Assembly: GCA_034670025.1 (NCBI GenBank)
Contig: JAXMOE010000001.1
Location: forward strand, 737,995 to 801,994
DNA from: Chlorobiota bacterium
GTDB taxonomy: Bacteria; Bacteroidota; Ignavibacteria; Kapaibacteriales; UBA2268
DNA: 64,000 nucleotides
Reading direction: 5' to 3'
A program made the translations under genes and the position numbers. Below, in pieces: positions 27,701 through 36,802 of this stretch (the first letter of the stretch is position 1; each line of letters begins with the position of its first letter). The notes below the pieces were generated by a model that was not told the DNA's origin, ran no database searches, and was given only the letters and a program-made list of their open reading frames with translations.

Positions 27701-28564
27701 ATGAGTATATTTGATAAATTTTTACAGAAAGATAATTTTATATCATTACCTGATATTGCTTCTAAACTTTTAGAAATATTACAGCAGGATGATATTGATG
27801 TAAGTGAAATAGTTAGGTTAATCGAGTCAGACCCTGTTATCTCGATGAGGACACTTAAAATGGCAAACTCTCCCCTATTTCAAGTCAGAGCTGATGTTGT
27901 TAACTTGTCTCAAGCTATTCAGATATTAGGTACTAAACGAGTTAGTGACATTGTGTTTAGTGTTTCTTTGCACTCAAAGCTATTTATCGGTAGAAATTTA
28001 AACATTTATCCACTTTTAGAAAAGTATTTCTATAACTCATTTCTAATTGGGAATCTCTCAAAAGTTTTTATTGACTCATTTGATAGTCGTTTAAGAAATG
28101 GTTTATTTGTTTCGGGATTGCTACATGATATTGGTAGAATGATTATGATTCAAATGGAGCCACTTGATTATGTAAAAGTAATTAAGTTAGTTGAGTTAGA
28201 AGATGGTGTATCAGAATTAGAAGCTGAAAATGCAATTTTCAGAGAAGATCACAGGTCAGTAGGAAGTAAATTATCTGAAGTTTGGTCTTTACCTGATATG
28301 GTTCATAGCGTTATAAAGTATTACCATACACCAGAGACTGCAAACAACTATCAATCTTTAAATTTCGGTATAAATGTCAGTAAAAACTATGTCGATAAAT
28401 TAACTGCCAATGATTTTAAAGATGTCGATAATATTTCAATTGGGAGTATTAAAAACTTTAACAATCTAAGTAATATGATTGGTGTGAGAAATACTAGTGC
28501 ATTCGATGAAAAAATGAAAGAATTAGTAAAAACATTACCTGATTCTTATGTGTTATTCAAATAA
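27701..28564 (+). CDS. HDOD domain-containing signalling protein
   Basis: LPDIASKLLEILQQDDIDVSEIVRLIESDPVISMRTLKMANSPLF...QAIQILGTKRV and GLLHDIGRMIM are typical HDOD motifs. Starts 13 nt after the putAbiC-like gene. Confidence 0.8.
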   Translation: MSIFDKFLQKDNFISLPDIASKLLEILQQDDIDVSEIVRLIESDPVISMRTLKMANSPLFQVRADVVNLSQAIQILGTKRVSDIVFSVSLHSKLFIGRNLNIYPLLEKYFYNSFLIGNLSKVFIDSFDSRLRNGLFVSGLLHDIGRMIMIQMEPLDYVKVIKLVELEDGVSELEAENAIFREDHRSVGSKLSEVWSLPDMVHSVIKYYHTPETANNYQSLNFGINVSKNYVDKLTANDFKDVDNISIGSIKNFNNLSNMIGVRNTSAFDEKMKELVKTLPDSYVLFK

Positions 28565-29311
28565 CTAAATATTAGTCTTTATTTGATTTACAATTTTTTC
28601 TTCAGTGGTTAGGCCTAAATATTGCCATACCTCTTCCCCATTTTTATATAATTTTAAGGTTGGCAATCCTTGTATTCTCATACTTTTTGAAAGTGTTGGG
28701 TTTTCATCAACATCAATTTTGATAAGCTCTACATTCTTGGGGTTTTCTGAAGCAATTTTATCTAAAATAGGTGAAAGTTTCTTACAAGGCGCACACCACT
28801 CTGCGTTAAAGTCAACTAAAACTAATTTTTCAGTATTACTTATTAGTTTATTGTAAGCGTCAATTGTGATTCCACTTTTCTTCTCGCTGGTTGTGTTATC
28901 TGCTGGTAAAGATAAGTTCTCTAATTGCCAAGAAGTAATTCCTCCTTTCAAATCATAAACTTCTGTAAAACCCATTTCAGCTAATTTGTTAGATGCCTTG
29001 TTACTCCTCGACCCAGAACGACAATATAAAAATACTGGTCTGTCTTTGTCCAATTCCTGAATTTTTGCATCAAAATTGCTATCGTAAATATTAATATTTA
29101 CAGCACCTGAAATTTTATTTGAATTAAATTCTTGTGGCGTCCTTACATCTATAATCTGAGGTGAATCTGTTTCTATTATTATTTTACGGTACTCTTTCGC
29201 TGTTAAAGCTTCAAATTTTGAACTCTTTGAATCAATAGTTTCAGATTCAGAGCATGAAGATAATTGTATTATTGATAATATTGATATGAGCAGGACTAAT
29301 ATTTTTTTCAT
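28565..29311 (-). CDS. Lipoprotein with rhodanese domain fused to thioredoxin domain
   Basis: Lipobox LSSC. Rhodanese IIDVRTPQEF...LYCRSGSRS. Thioredoxin WCAPCKKLSP with the downstream G-L-P-T cis-Pro context. Confidence 0.85.
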   Translation of the reverse strand: MKKILVLLISILSIIQLSSCSESETIDSKSSKFEALTAKEYRKIIIETDSPQIIDVRTPQEFNSNKISGAVNINIYDSNFDAKIQELDKDRPVFLYCRSGSRSNKASNKLAEMGFTEVYDLKGGITSWQLENLSLPADNTTSEKKSGITIDAYNKLISNTEKLVLVDFNAEWCAPCKKLSPILDKIASENPKNVELIKIDVDENPTLSKSMRIQGLPTLKLYKNGEEVWQYLGLTTEEKIVNQIKTNI

Positions 29312-29351
29312 TTTATATTCTTGTGTTTTTAATTGTAAGTATCAAATTTTA

Positions 29352-29519
29352 CTACTTGTCGTTAATATCACAATTATATTTTAAACACCCCAAATTGAAA
29401 AATGAAAATGAAAACAAAAGTATTGCTGGAAGAAATAATAAATATTCTTTCTCTATTATTCCTGAAACAAGGAATAATAGAGAAAGTGAATATCCAACAA
29501 TTTTTGTAATATTTTTCAT
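29352..29519 (-). CDS. Small two-TM protein, YgaP-like/DUF2892-like (55 aa); start refined from track ORF 29352..29552
   Basis: The ATG at 29519-29517 overlaps the rhodanese TGA stop (ATGA). The product is MKNITKIVGYSLSLLFLVSGIIEKEYLLFLPAILLFSFSFFNLGCLKYNCDINDK. It has two hydrophobic helices, and the tail G-C-x-x-Y resembles the DUF2892 G-x-C-P-x-Y motif. DUF2892 is the membrane domain fused to rhodanese in E. coli YgaP. Confidence 0.45.
   Translation of the reverse strand: MKNITKIVGYSLSLLFLVSGIIEKEYLLFLPAILLFSFSFFNLGCLKYNCDINDK
29442..29493 (-). terminator. Long near-perfect inverted repeat (17 bp perfect, extended to ~23 bp with a 2-nt bulge); candidate terminator/structured element inside the small ORF
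   Basis: atattc-tttctctattattcct / gaaaca / aggaataatagagaaa-gt-gaatat. On the minus strand it is followed by the U-rich AAUAUUUAUUAUUUCUU. Confidence 0.45.
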
Positions 29520-29827
29520 TTTCCTATCAATTGCATTTCTACATCCTTCCAACTGCCGCCATTATATACTTCACCAATACCTATATTAGTTAAGTATTCC
29601 GCTGCCATTGCACTTCTTGCTCCAGAAGCGCAACAAAGTACAATTGGTTTTGGCATAGATTTGAATTCGTCAACAGAGTTAACCACTTGATCAACTGGTA
29701 TATTAATTGAACTATTTACATTACCGGATGAAAATTCTGCTATTGTTCTGACATCGATTACCTTAGCTGATTTTTCATTTAACATTTCAAATAAATCAAA
29801 ATCTTTTTCTGACATAATATTGCTCAT
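29516..29827 (-). CDS. Single-domain rhodanese (sulfurtransferase)
   Basis: VIDVRTIAEF and the active-site loop LCCASGARS. The start overlaps the acyl-CoA dehydrogenase stop (TAATG). Confidence 0.85.
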   Translation of the reverse strand: MSNIMSEKDFDLFEMLNEKSAKVIDVRTIAEFSSGNVNSSINIPVDQVVNSVDEFKSMPKPIVLCCASGARSAMAAEYLTNIGIGEVYNGGSWKDVEMQLIGK

Positions 29828-30975
29828 TAATAATTAACTATTGAATCTCTGGCAATCACTAATCTTTGAATTTCACTAGTACCTTCGTAAAGCTCAGTAA
29901 TTTTAGCATCTCTGTAATATCTTTCTGCATTGAAGTCCTCCGTATAGCCATAGCCACCATGTATCTGAAGTCCTTTGTTAGCACAGAACATAGCTGTTTC
30001 AGAAGCATCTAATTTTGCCATAGCAGCATAAGGTGAATAATTCTCACCAGCATCTTTCATTTTGCTAGCTCTCCAAGTTAGTAACCATGAGGCTTCATAT
30101 CTAACTCTCATATCAGCTATCATCCATTGTATTGCTTGGAACTTGTTAATTGGTTGACCAAACTGTTCCCTTTCTTTTGAGTATTTTAGCCCATCTTCAA
30201 ATGCAGCTCTTGCAATTCCCAAAGCTTGTGCAGCAATGCCTAACCTACCACCATCAAGGGTAATCATAGCCATTTTGAAACCCTCATTAAGATTGCCTAA
30301 CATAGCACTTTTGGGTAACTCTACATTATCCAATATAATCTCTGTAGTAGATGAAGAACGAATACCAAGCTTTTTCTCAACTTTACCAATGCTATAACCA
30401 GGAGTATTAGCATCTACAATAAAACCAGTAACGCCTCTTGTTTTCTTTTCAGGTTCAGTGCTAGCCAATAAAACAAATACATCTGCCTCAGCACCGTTCG
30501 TAGCAAATATTTTGGACCCGTTCAGAATCCATTTATCACCTTCCAACTTCGCAGTAGTTTGAGTAGCCCCAGCATCGGAACCAGCTCCCGATTCAGTCAA
30601 TGAAAATGCACCAATTTTGTTTCCCGAAAGCATATCGGGTAAATATTTTTGTTTTTGTTCTTCAGTTCCAAATCTAAATATCGGATCACATGTGAGTGAT
30701 GAATGAGCTGAGATAATAACACCAGTAGAAGCACAGTATCTCGAAATCTCCTCTATAGCTAACATATATGATGTATAATCCATACCAGATCCTCCATACT
30801 CTTCGGGGTAAGCAATACCCATAAGTCCAAGTTCACCAGCTTTCTTTATTACATCAGCTGGAAATTTGTGGTTTCTTTCATTTTCTGAAGCTACTGGCTC
30901 AATTTCGTTTACAGCGAAATCGTGAACCATTTGCTTTAACATTTTTTGTTCGTCTGTTAAAAGTAAATCAAACAT
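29827..30975 (-). CDS. Acyl-CoA dehydrogenase (short/medium-chain type)
   Basis: GAFSLTESGAGSDA, and the C-terminal QIHGGYGYTEDF..ERYYRDAKITELYEGTSEIQRLVIA. Confidence 0.92.
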   Translation of the reverse strand: MFDLLLTDEQKMLKQMVHDFAVNEIEPVASENERNHKFPADVIKKAGELGLMGIAYPEEYGGSGMDYTSYMLAIEEISRYCASTGVIISAHSSLTCDPIFRFGTEEQKQKYLPDMLSGNKIGAFSLTESGAGSDAGATQTTAKLEGDKWILNGSKIFATNGAEADVFVLLASTEPEKKTRGVTGFIVDANTPGYSIGKVEKKLGIRSSSTTEIILDNVELPKSAMLGNLNEGFKMAMITLDGGRLGIAAQALGIARAAFEDGLKYSKEREQFGQPINKFQAIQWMIADMRVRYEASWLLTWRASKMKDAGENYSPYAAMAKLDASETAMFCANKGLQIHGGYGYTEDFNAERYYRDAKITELYEGTSEIQRLVIARDSIVNY

Positions 30976-30986
30976 ATTTCTTATCT

Positions 30987-31784
30987 CTAATTAATTATAA
31001 ATTTATATTCTTCTTTTATTATATTTTTTAACTTATATAGTGGTATTTCCAACTCTATTATTCCTTCTGCATAAGATGCTATTTCATAAGGATTATAGAT
31101 AAATGTCAGATTTTTGTTGTCAATTGTAAAATTTTCAGGCAAATAGAATTTATCGTTCTCAAACCAGAAACCAGAATCTTTTATTGGACTTGCTTTTGCT
31201 AACCCTTTGCTTACCAAGAAATTCTCTCTTCCAATATCATTCAATTTTTGATTCTCAAATATATCCTGAATCTTTAATAAAGTACCCAAATTTGTGTCAT
31301 ATAACGTATATTGTAAATTATAATTGCCATGAGCTCCACCAGTATAGCTACTCATATTTTTTTCTAGTATTATCAAGCGTTCTTTAGTATAAACTTCTTT
31401 ACAATTAAAAGAATGATAAATTTCAAATGGTTTGTACTCATCTGGTTCAGAGCCATAGTCTTCTTTTAATATTTCAGAATATTTCAATGCATATTTTGAA
31501 ATATTTTCTTCTGATAATTCTAAATCAACTTTGTTGCAATCATTTGAAAACACTAAACAAACTTCTCTGATTATGTCATCATTGATAAATTTATAACTTG
31601 GATTATTATATTTTACAACTTCAACCTCATAGCTAAAACTTAAATCTTTAACTATTTCTATACTGTCTCTAACGTTAATTTGATCTACTGTATTATAATC
31701 AATTTGACCTGACTTTTTACCAGTTGAACAGGAAATAAGTGATATTAATAATATTAAATAAAAAATCTGCTTAGTATTTATCAT
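30987..31784 (-). CDS. DUF3298/DUF4163-type lipoprotein
   Basis: Lipobox LISC. The SYTGGAHGNY motif is characteristic of DUF3298. Confidence 0.6.
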   Translation of the reverse strand: MINTKQIFYLILLISLISCSTGKKSGQIDYNTVDQINVRDSIEIVKDLSFSYEVEVVKYNNPSYKFINDDIIREVCLVFSNDCNKVDLELSEENISKYALKYSEILKEDYGSEPDEYKPFEIYHSFNCKEVYTKERLIILEKNMSSYTGGAHGNYNLQYTLYDTNLGTLLKIQDIFENQKLNDIGRENFLVSKGLAKASPIKDSGFWFENDKFYLPENFTIDNKNLTFIYNPYEIASYAEGIIELEIPLYKLKNIIKEEYKFIIN

Positions 31785-31867
31785 AAATTCGGTTTTAATC
31801 GTAGTTAAAATTGTTATATTGTAAAATTACGTAATGTTTAACAGTAAAAAAATAAATTGTATAGAAT

Positions 31868-33025
31868 ATGCCACTCAACAGAAATTTAAACGAAGATCAA
31901 ATACTTATAAGAGACACGATAAGGAGTTTCGCTGAAGAAAACATCAGAAAACAATCTAAAATTTTAGATGAAGAAGAAAGGTTTTCTTATGAAATTACTG
32001 AACAGATGTCAGAACTTGGATTATTAGGTGCATTCCTTCCTGAAAAATATAATGGAGCTGAGTTAGACTATGTCTCATATATCATTGCAGTTGAAGAATT
32101 AGCAAGAGTAGATAGTTCACAAGCCGCAACTATAGCAGCACACAACTCACTTGGCACTGGGCCGTTGTATTATTTTGGAAATGAAGAACAAAAAGAAAAG
32201 TATTTACCTCAATTAGCAAGTGGAAAATTATGGGGATTTGGGTTAACTGAACCAGAAGCTGGTTCTGATGCTGGAAATACTCAAACAACTGCTGTCCGAG
32301 AAGGTGACAATTGGATATTGAATGGTACAAAGATTTTTATTACAAATTCTGCTACTGATATTACGTTAGGGTCGACAATATTGGCTGTAACTGGTGAAAG
32401 AGATAATGGTAGAAAAGAACTAAGTTGTTTCATTGTAGAAAATGATGCTGAAGGATTTTCGCAAAATATTATGAAAGACAAAATGATGTGGCGTGGTTCA
32501 AATACAGGTGAACTTGTATTAGAAAATGTTAAAGTACCACATACTGCAATGTTAGGCAAGCAAGGTGAAGGATTCAAACAAATGCTTTCTACTCTTGACA
32601 GAGGTCGTTTGTCAATTGCAGCTATGGGACTTGGACTTGCTCAAGGAGCTTATGAATATGCACTTAAATATGCAAAAGAAAGAATAACTTTTGGTAAACC
32701 GATTTCACAATACCAAGCAAATGCCTTTAAATTAGCAGATGTGGAGATGAAGTTAGAAATGGCAAGAGGATATCTTTATGACACCTGTAGAATGTTAGAA
32801 GAAGGTCAAAACATTACTAAAGAAGGTGCTATTGCTAAACTATATTGCTCCGAGTTAGCACATGAGTCAGCAAATCATTGCGTTCAAATCCTTGGTGGGT
32901 ATGGTCTAATGAAAGAGTATGATGCAGAGAAGTATTACAGGGACCAAAAACTATTAGAAATTGGCGAAGGAACTAGCGAAATTCAAAGATTAGTTATTGC
33001 TCGTTCAATAGGTTGCTTTGACTGA
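31868..33025 (+). CDS. Acyl-CoA dehydrogenase
   Basis: GFGLTEPEAGSDAG and QILGGYGLMKEYDAEKYYRDQKLLEIGEGTSEIQRLVIA. Confidence 0.92.
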   Translation: MPLNRNLNEDQILIRDTIRSFAEENIRKQSKILDEEERFSYEITEQMSELGLLGAFLPEKYNGAELDYVSYIIAVEELARVDSSQAATIAAHNSLGTGPLYYFGNEEQKEKYLPQLASGKLWGFGLTEPEAGSDAGNTQTTAVREGDNWILNGTKIFITNSATDITLGSTILAVTGERDNGRKELSCFIVENDAEGFSQNIMKDKMMWRGSNTGELVLENVKVPHTAMLGKQGEGFKQMLSTLDRGRLSIAAMGLGLAQGAYEYALKYAKERITFGKPISQYQANAFKLADVEMKLEMARGYLYDTCRMLEEGQNITKEGAIAKLYCSELAHESANHCVQILGGYGLMKEYDAEKYYRDQKLLEIGEGTSEIQRLVIARSIGCFD

Positions 33026-33079
33026 TAACTGTAACTATTTTTATATTCATGTGTACTAAAAAAGAAAAACATACAAAAA

Positions 33080-33745
33080 ATGATAAAATTAATAATTATT
33101 CTTATACTACCAATTGCATTATTTTCTCAAGGCGCTGTAAATAACTCAAATGTAGAGACTTTAAAAATATTAGAAATTGATGTAGATAACAAATTAAGTT
33201 TAACTGACACAAACGTAGTTTACAAAAAAAATTATAGTGATGAATACAAATATTCTGATTCAATTATGATTGAAGAATTATTTGAAGTTGCTTACCCCTC
33301 CCTTAAAATATTCAAATTTTTAATGGCATCTAAACATGAAGGTATAGATTCTACTGAAGATGATGGCGTTAGAACCTTTCGTTTTTTAAGTTGGTGTAAT
33401 AAAGATACTGTGGATTGGGAAACTGGATCAGATGGCAAATTGGTTTATGAAATTGAATATGAGAACTGTAGATTAGAAGACATTGTAAAATTAGATGAAA
33501 ACAATAGATTACTAGAATATTCGCTAATTAGCCAAGGTAATAAGAGCACAGAAGCTTATGAATACGATAGTAATAATAGATTGTATAAAGTTAATTCAAC
33601 TAAAGCTAAACTTACCATATACTATGATAATAATAACAGAATATCTAAAATAATTGAAGTTCAAGAAAATTTGGGTAATTTGATAGAAACTATGGGCAGT
33701 TCTCTCAAAAGAGAGATAGAGTATAAATTTATTTATAATGAATAA
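33080..33745 (+). CDS. Small secreted protein with YD/RHS-like repeats
   Basis: Signal peptide MIKLIIILILPIALFSQG. YEYDSNNRLYKV and IYYDNNNRISKI match YxYDxxxRL. Confidence 0.4.
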   Translation: MIKLIIILILPIALFSQGAVNNSNVETLKILEIDVDNKLSLTDTNVVYKKNYSDEYKYSDSIMIEELFEVAYPSLKIFKFLMASKHEGIDSTEDDGVRTFRFLSWCNKDTVDWETGSDGKLVYEIEYENCRLEDIVKLDENNRLLEYSLISQGNKSTEAYEYDSNNRLYKVNSTKAKLTIYYDNNNRISKIIEVQENLGNLIETMGSSLKREIEYKFIYNE

Positions 33746-33746
33746 A

Positions 33747-35090
33747 TTATTGAAACACTCTGAACATAACCTGACCTATTTCTGAATTTTGTATAAAATA
33801 CGCTCTTAAAGAATCAACTTCATCCGCATAATCGTCAAACAATTCAGAGCCATTTCCTTTTGCAAATAAAGGAATAAGTACATTAGTATGACTACTACTA
33901 TTCCAAATCATGTCTGGCATTTCCCCCTTGCTTTTTGGTTCGATTCTGCTATAAAAGCCAGCATTCCCAGTGAGGTAACCCGTTTCGTGGTCAGCTGTAA
34001 CTATCAATAATGTTTCATCCCAATTAGAATTAGTCTCAACCCAATTAACTACTGAATCGACTGTCTGATTAAATTCAATTAACTCTTCAATCATTCTACC
34101 AGAATGATTGGAATGAGCAGCCCAGTCAACAGCACCCCCTTCAATCATTACAAAAAAACCTTTTTTGTTTAAGTTCAAACATTGTAATGATGCTAAAGAC
34201 ATATCTATTAGACTCGGGATTCCTTTAGTTAAATCAACTTCAAAAGCACCTGCTCCAGTATTACCGGACCTTGCTGCCTGTAACGTTGTATGCACTTTGG
34301 GTACTCCAAGTAGTAATTTATCTGAAGGATTAGTTATTAAACTTTCAAATTCCTCTCTATCTGTTATTAACCTTCTCTTTAATTTATTAGATTTTAAATC
34401 TGACCATACTTCCTTCCCACCAACATACTTATATTGCTTTGTATTTTCTTGTTCACCATCTGAATTATAATCGGGATTACCACAACCAAATATTATATCA
34501 ACATCACTGTTTATCATATCAGTTGCAATTTTTTTATAATTGCTTCTGTTCACGTTATTAACTACAAATGAAGCAGGAGTAGCATGTGCAAATGGCACAC
34601 TAGTGACTACGCCAGTAGATTTTCCGAGTTCTTTTGCCTTATGTAATATTGATTTAAGTGGTTTGAAGTCAATATCCATCCCAATTGAGCCATTATAGGT
34701 CTTTCTTCCAGTTGCAATAGCAGCAGCAGCAGATCCTGAACCAGTAGCCCCAATGTTTCTAAAACTAGAATCACTATAAGTTAATCCAGAATTATATCCA
34801 TTATTCCAACTCAACCCATTATTTGATTTGAATTTGCCAGAAAGTGCAGGAGAAGTAGATACTGGAAAATAGACTGGAAATTTTTGATACGTTTGCGAAT
34901 TTAATTTTCCATTTTGAAATGAATTAGCTGCATCAATATGATTAAACCCACACCCATCAGCAATCATTAAAATAATATTTTTCACCTTAACAGGTTGATT
35001 ATTATCAACACTCAGAGAGTATTTTGGTTTTTCAGTCTCACAGGAAGTTAAGATGAAAAATACAGCACATATAGAAATTAATATTCTCAT
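33747..35090 (-). CDS. Alkaline phosphatase (PhoA family)
   Basis: ILMIADGCGFNH, GSGSAAAAIATGRKTYNGSIGMD (nucleophile Ser region), IEGGAVDWAAHSN, VTADHETG and HTNVLIPLFAKG. Confidence 0.8.
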   Translation of the reverse strand: MRILISICAVFFILTSCETEKPKYSLSVDNNQPVKVKNIILMIADGCGFNHIDAANSFQNGKLNSQTYQKFPVYFPVSTSPALSGKFKSNNGLSWNNGYNSGLTYSDSSFRNIGATGSGSAAAAIATGRKTYNGSIGMDIDFKPLKSILHKAKELGKSTGVVTSVPFAHATPASFVVNNVNRSNYKKIATDMINSDVDIIFGCGNPDYNSDGEQENTKQYKYVGGKEVWSDLKSNKLKRRLITDREEFESLITNPSDKLLLGVPKVHTTLQAARSGNTGAGAFEVDLTKGIPSLIDMSLASLQCLNLNKKGFFVMIEGGAVDWAAHSNHSGRMIEELIEFNQTVDSVVNWVETNSNWDETLLIVTADHETGYLTGNAGFYSRIEPKSKGEMPDMIWNSSSHTNVLIPLFAKGNGSELFDDYADEVDSLRAYFIQNSEIGQVMFRVFQ

Positions 35091-35096
35091 TATATC

Positions 35097-35879
35097 TTAT
35101 CTATTGCCAGGCATATTCATAGACTGCTCAGTGTACCCTTCAGGAATAGTAAAGTTAACTTTCCCATCATAATTCTCTACTTTTGAAAGCTCAGTAATCG
35201 AATTTGTTGTTTTATGTATAGTTTTAACAGGTAATCCTTTAAATTCTTCATACATAGCCGAGAACGGGTCTTTCTTAGTGTTTGGTAGTCCATCTAGCAT
35301 AGAAGAACTAAATGCACTAAAGTTTTTCATTATTGCAAAATCATTTTCATTAATTCCTAACTCACTAAAATCGGTGGCCCATATTTCAGAAGTTACTGAA
35401 CCATCTGCTTTAAATTCATATTTGTCAGTATTCCAACCATTTATTTTTTGCGAATTTCCTGTTTTAGACACTGAATATTCTATCTTAGACATTCCGCCCA
35501 TTTGTTGTTCAATCATTTTTTCCATTTGTTGTCTTTGCGCATCTGGTAAGTTAGCAAGTTGTTGTTTCATCTGATCCATATACCCATTTAATTGCTTTTT
35601 TAAACTTTCTAACTTCTTTTTTGTTAATATCATATACATTTCTGTCGAGTGGATAACCACAGTAATTTTATCAGCATCAGAATTGTACAGCATAGTAACT
35701 TTACCATCAGAAGAATTGTTTTCTAATAACATCTCGTTGCTTGTCATTATAACACTATTAACAGATGAGTTTGACTCATCACCGCCTTCATAATAGTTAT
35801 ATTCCAGCTTTACACCTGAAAAAGATGCAATTGTAAATGCAATAGTTAACACAAAATACGTCATTGTTTTAAACATCAT
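35097..35879 (-). CDS. Secreted hypothetical protein (DUF4412-like)
   Basis: Signal peptide, a central Q/M-rich helix and a beta-rich body resembling DUF4412. No catalytic motif. Confidence 0.4.
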   Translation of the reverse strand: MMFKTMTYFVLTIAFTIASFSGVKLEYNYYEGGDESNSSVNSVIMTSNEMLLENNSSDGKVTMLYNSDADKITVVIHSTEMYMILTKKKLESLKKQLNGYMDQMKQQLANLPDAQRQQMEKMIEQQMGGMSKIEYSVSKTGNSQKINGWNTDKYEFKADGSVTSEIWATDFSELGINENDFAIMKNFSAFSSSMLDGLPNTKKDPFSAMYEEFKGLPVKTIHKTTNSITELSKVENYDGKVNFTIPEGYTEQSMNMPGNR

Positions 35880-35956
35880 AAAACCTAAATATTAATTTAT
35901 TGAAATAATAATTAATATAAATTATAAAAAATATCTAACAATCTAACAATTCAACA

Positions 35957-36802
35957 ATGGAAAATATTTTAAATTTAAACCTCTTTACTTTAGCTAATGT
36001 TACAGTTCAAGTTTATGATATAATTATACTGTTTATTTTCATTATAGCATTAAAACTATTATCAAAACTTTTAAAAAAAATTATATTCAAATATTCAAAA
36101 AGAGATAAAGGAAGTTCTTATGCTGTTTTCAATTTAGCAAAGTATTTTCTTTGGGTTATTGGTATTTCAATCTATTTAGATGTGATTGGATTTGATGTAA
36201 CTTTACTTATAGCTGGGAGCGCAGCACTTTTAGTCGGAATTGGAATTGGCCTGCAGCAAACTTTTAATGATTTTATATCTGGAATAATCCTACTCTTCGA
36301 AGGGTCTATACAAGTTGGTGATATTGTAATTTTGGAAAATGATTACAAAAGAATTGTAAAAATAGGATTACGGACTTCTAAAGCAATCAGTTTTGACAAT
36401 TCTATGATTATTGTTCCAAATTCAAAAATTGTAACGGAACGTGTAATAAATTATAATGATGGTATAAATCACCCTGTACGCTTTCAAGTTGCATTTAACG
36501 TCGCTTTTAACTCAGATTTAAGCAAAGTAAAATCTTTATTACTTTCAATTGGACAGAGCCACGATCAAGTTTTAAGTAAACCTGAACCATTTGTTATGTT
36601 TGATGAAATAGCAAACAGCTCATATAAATTCAGACTTTGTTTTTTTGTTAGTAATCCATGGGATGGATTTGGTGTGATGTCTGATTTGAGGTATAAAATT
36701 GTACAAAGCTTTTCGGAAAATGGTATTGAAATTCCATACCCAAAGAGCGATGTAAATTTGAATAGATTTGACCGAGATGCAAAATCACTTGATAAGAATT
36801 AA
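35957..36802 (+). CDS. Mechanosensitive ion channel (MscS family)
   Basis: Three TM helices, then the pore-lining GIGIGLQQTFNDFISGIILLFEGSIQVGD signature. Confidence 0.85.
   Translation: MENILNLNLFTLANVTVQVYDIIILFIFIIALKLLSKLLKKIIFKYSKRDKGSSYAVFNLAKYFLWVIGISIYLDVIGFDVTLLIAGSAALLVGIGIGLQQTFNDFISGIILLFEGSIQVGDIVILENDYKRIVKIGLRTSKAISFDNSMIIVPNSKIVTERVINYNDGINHPVRFQVAFNVAFNSDLSKVKSLLLSIGQSHDQVLSKPEPFVMFDEIANSSYKFRLCFFVSNPWDGFGVMSDLRYKIVQSFSENGIEIPYPKSDVNLNRFDRDAKSLDKN

Noticed and set aside
29323-29589. 88-aa plus-strand ORF in the rhodanese/thioredoxin intergenic region
   Set aside because: It needs a non-ATG start and runs antisense to the better-supported ATGA-coupled 55-aa ORF and into the rhodanese gene. 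The product is low-complexity.
34690-34760. The alkaline phosphatase nucleophile region reads G-S-G-S-A-A-A-A instead of the canonical D-S-A-A motif
   Set aside because: I cannot align this loop reliably by eye. A Ser is retained and all the other metal-ligand motifs are present, so a catalytic anomaly cannot be claimed.
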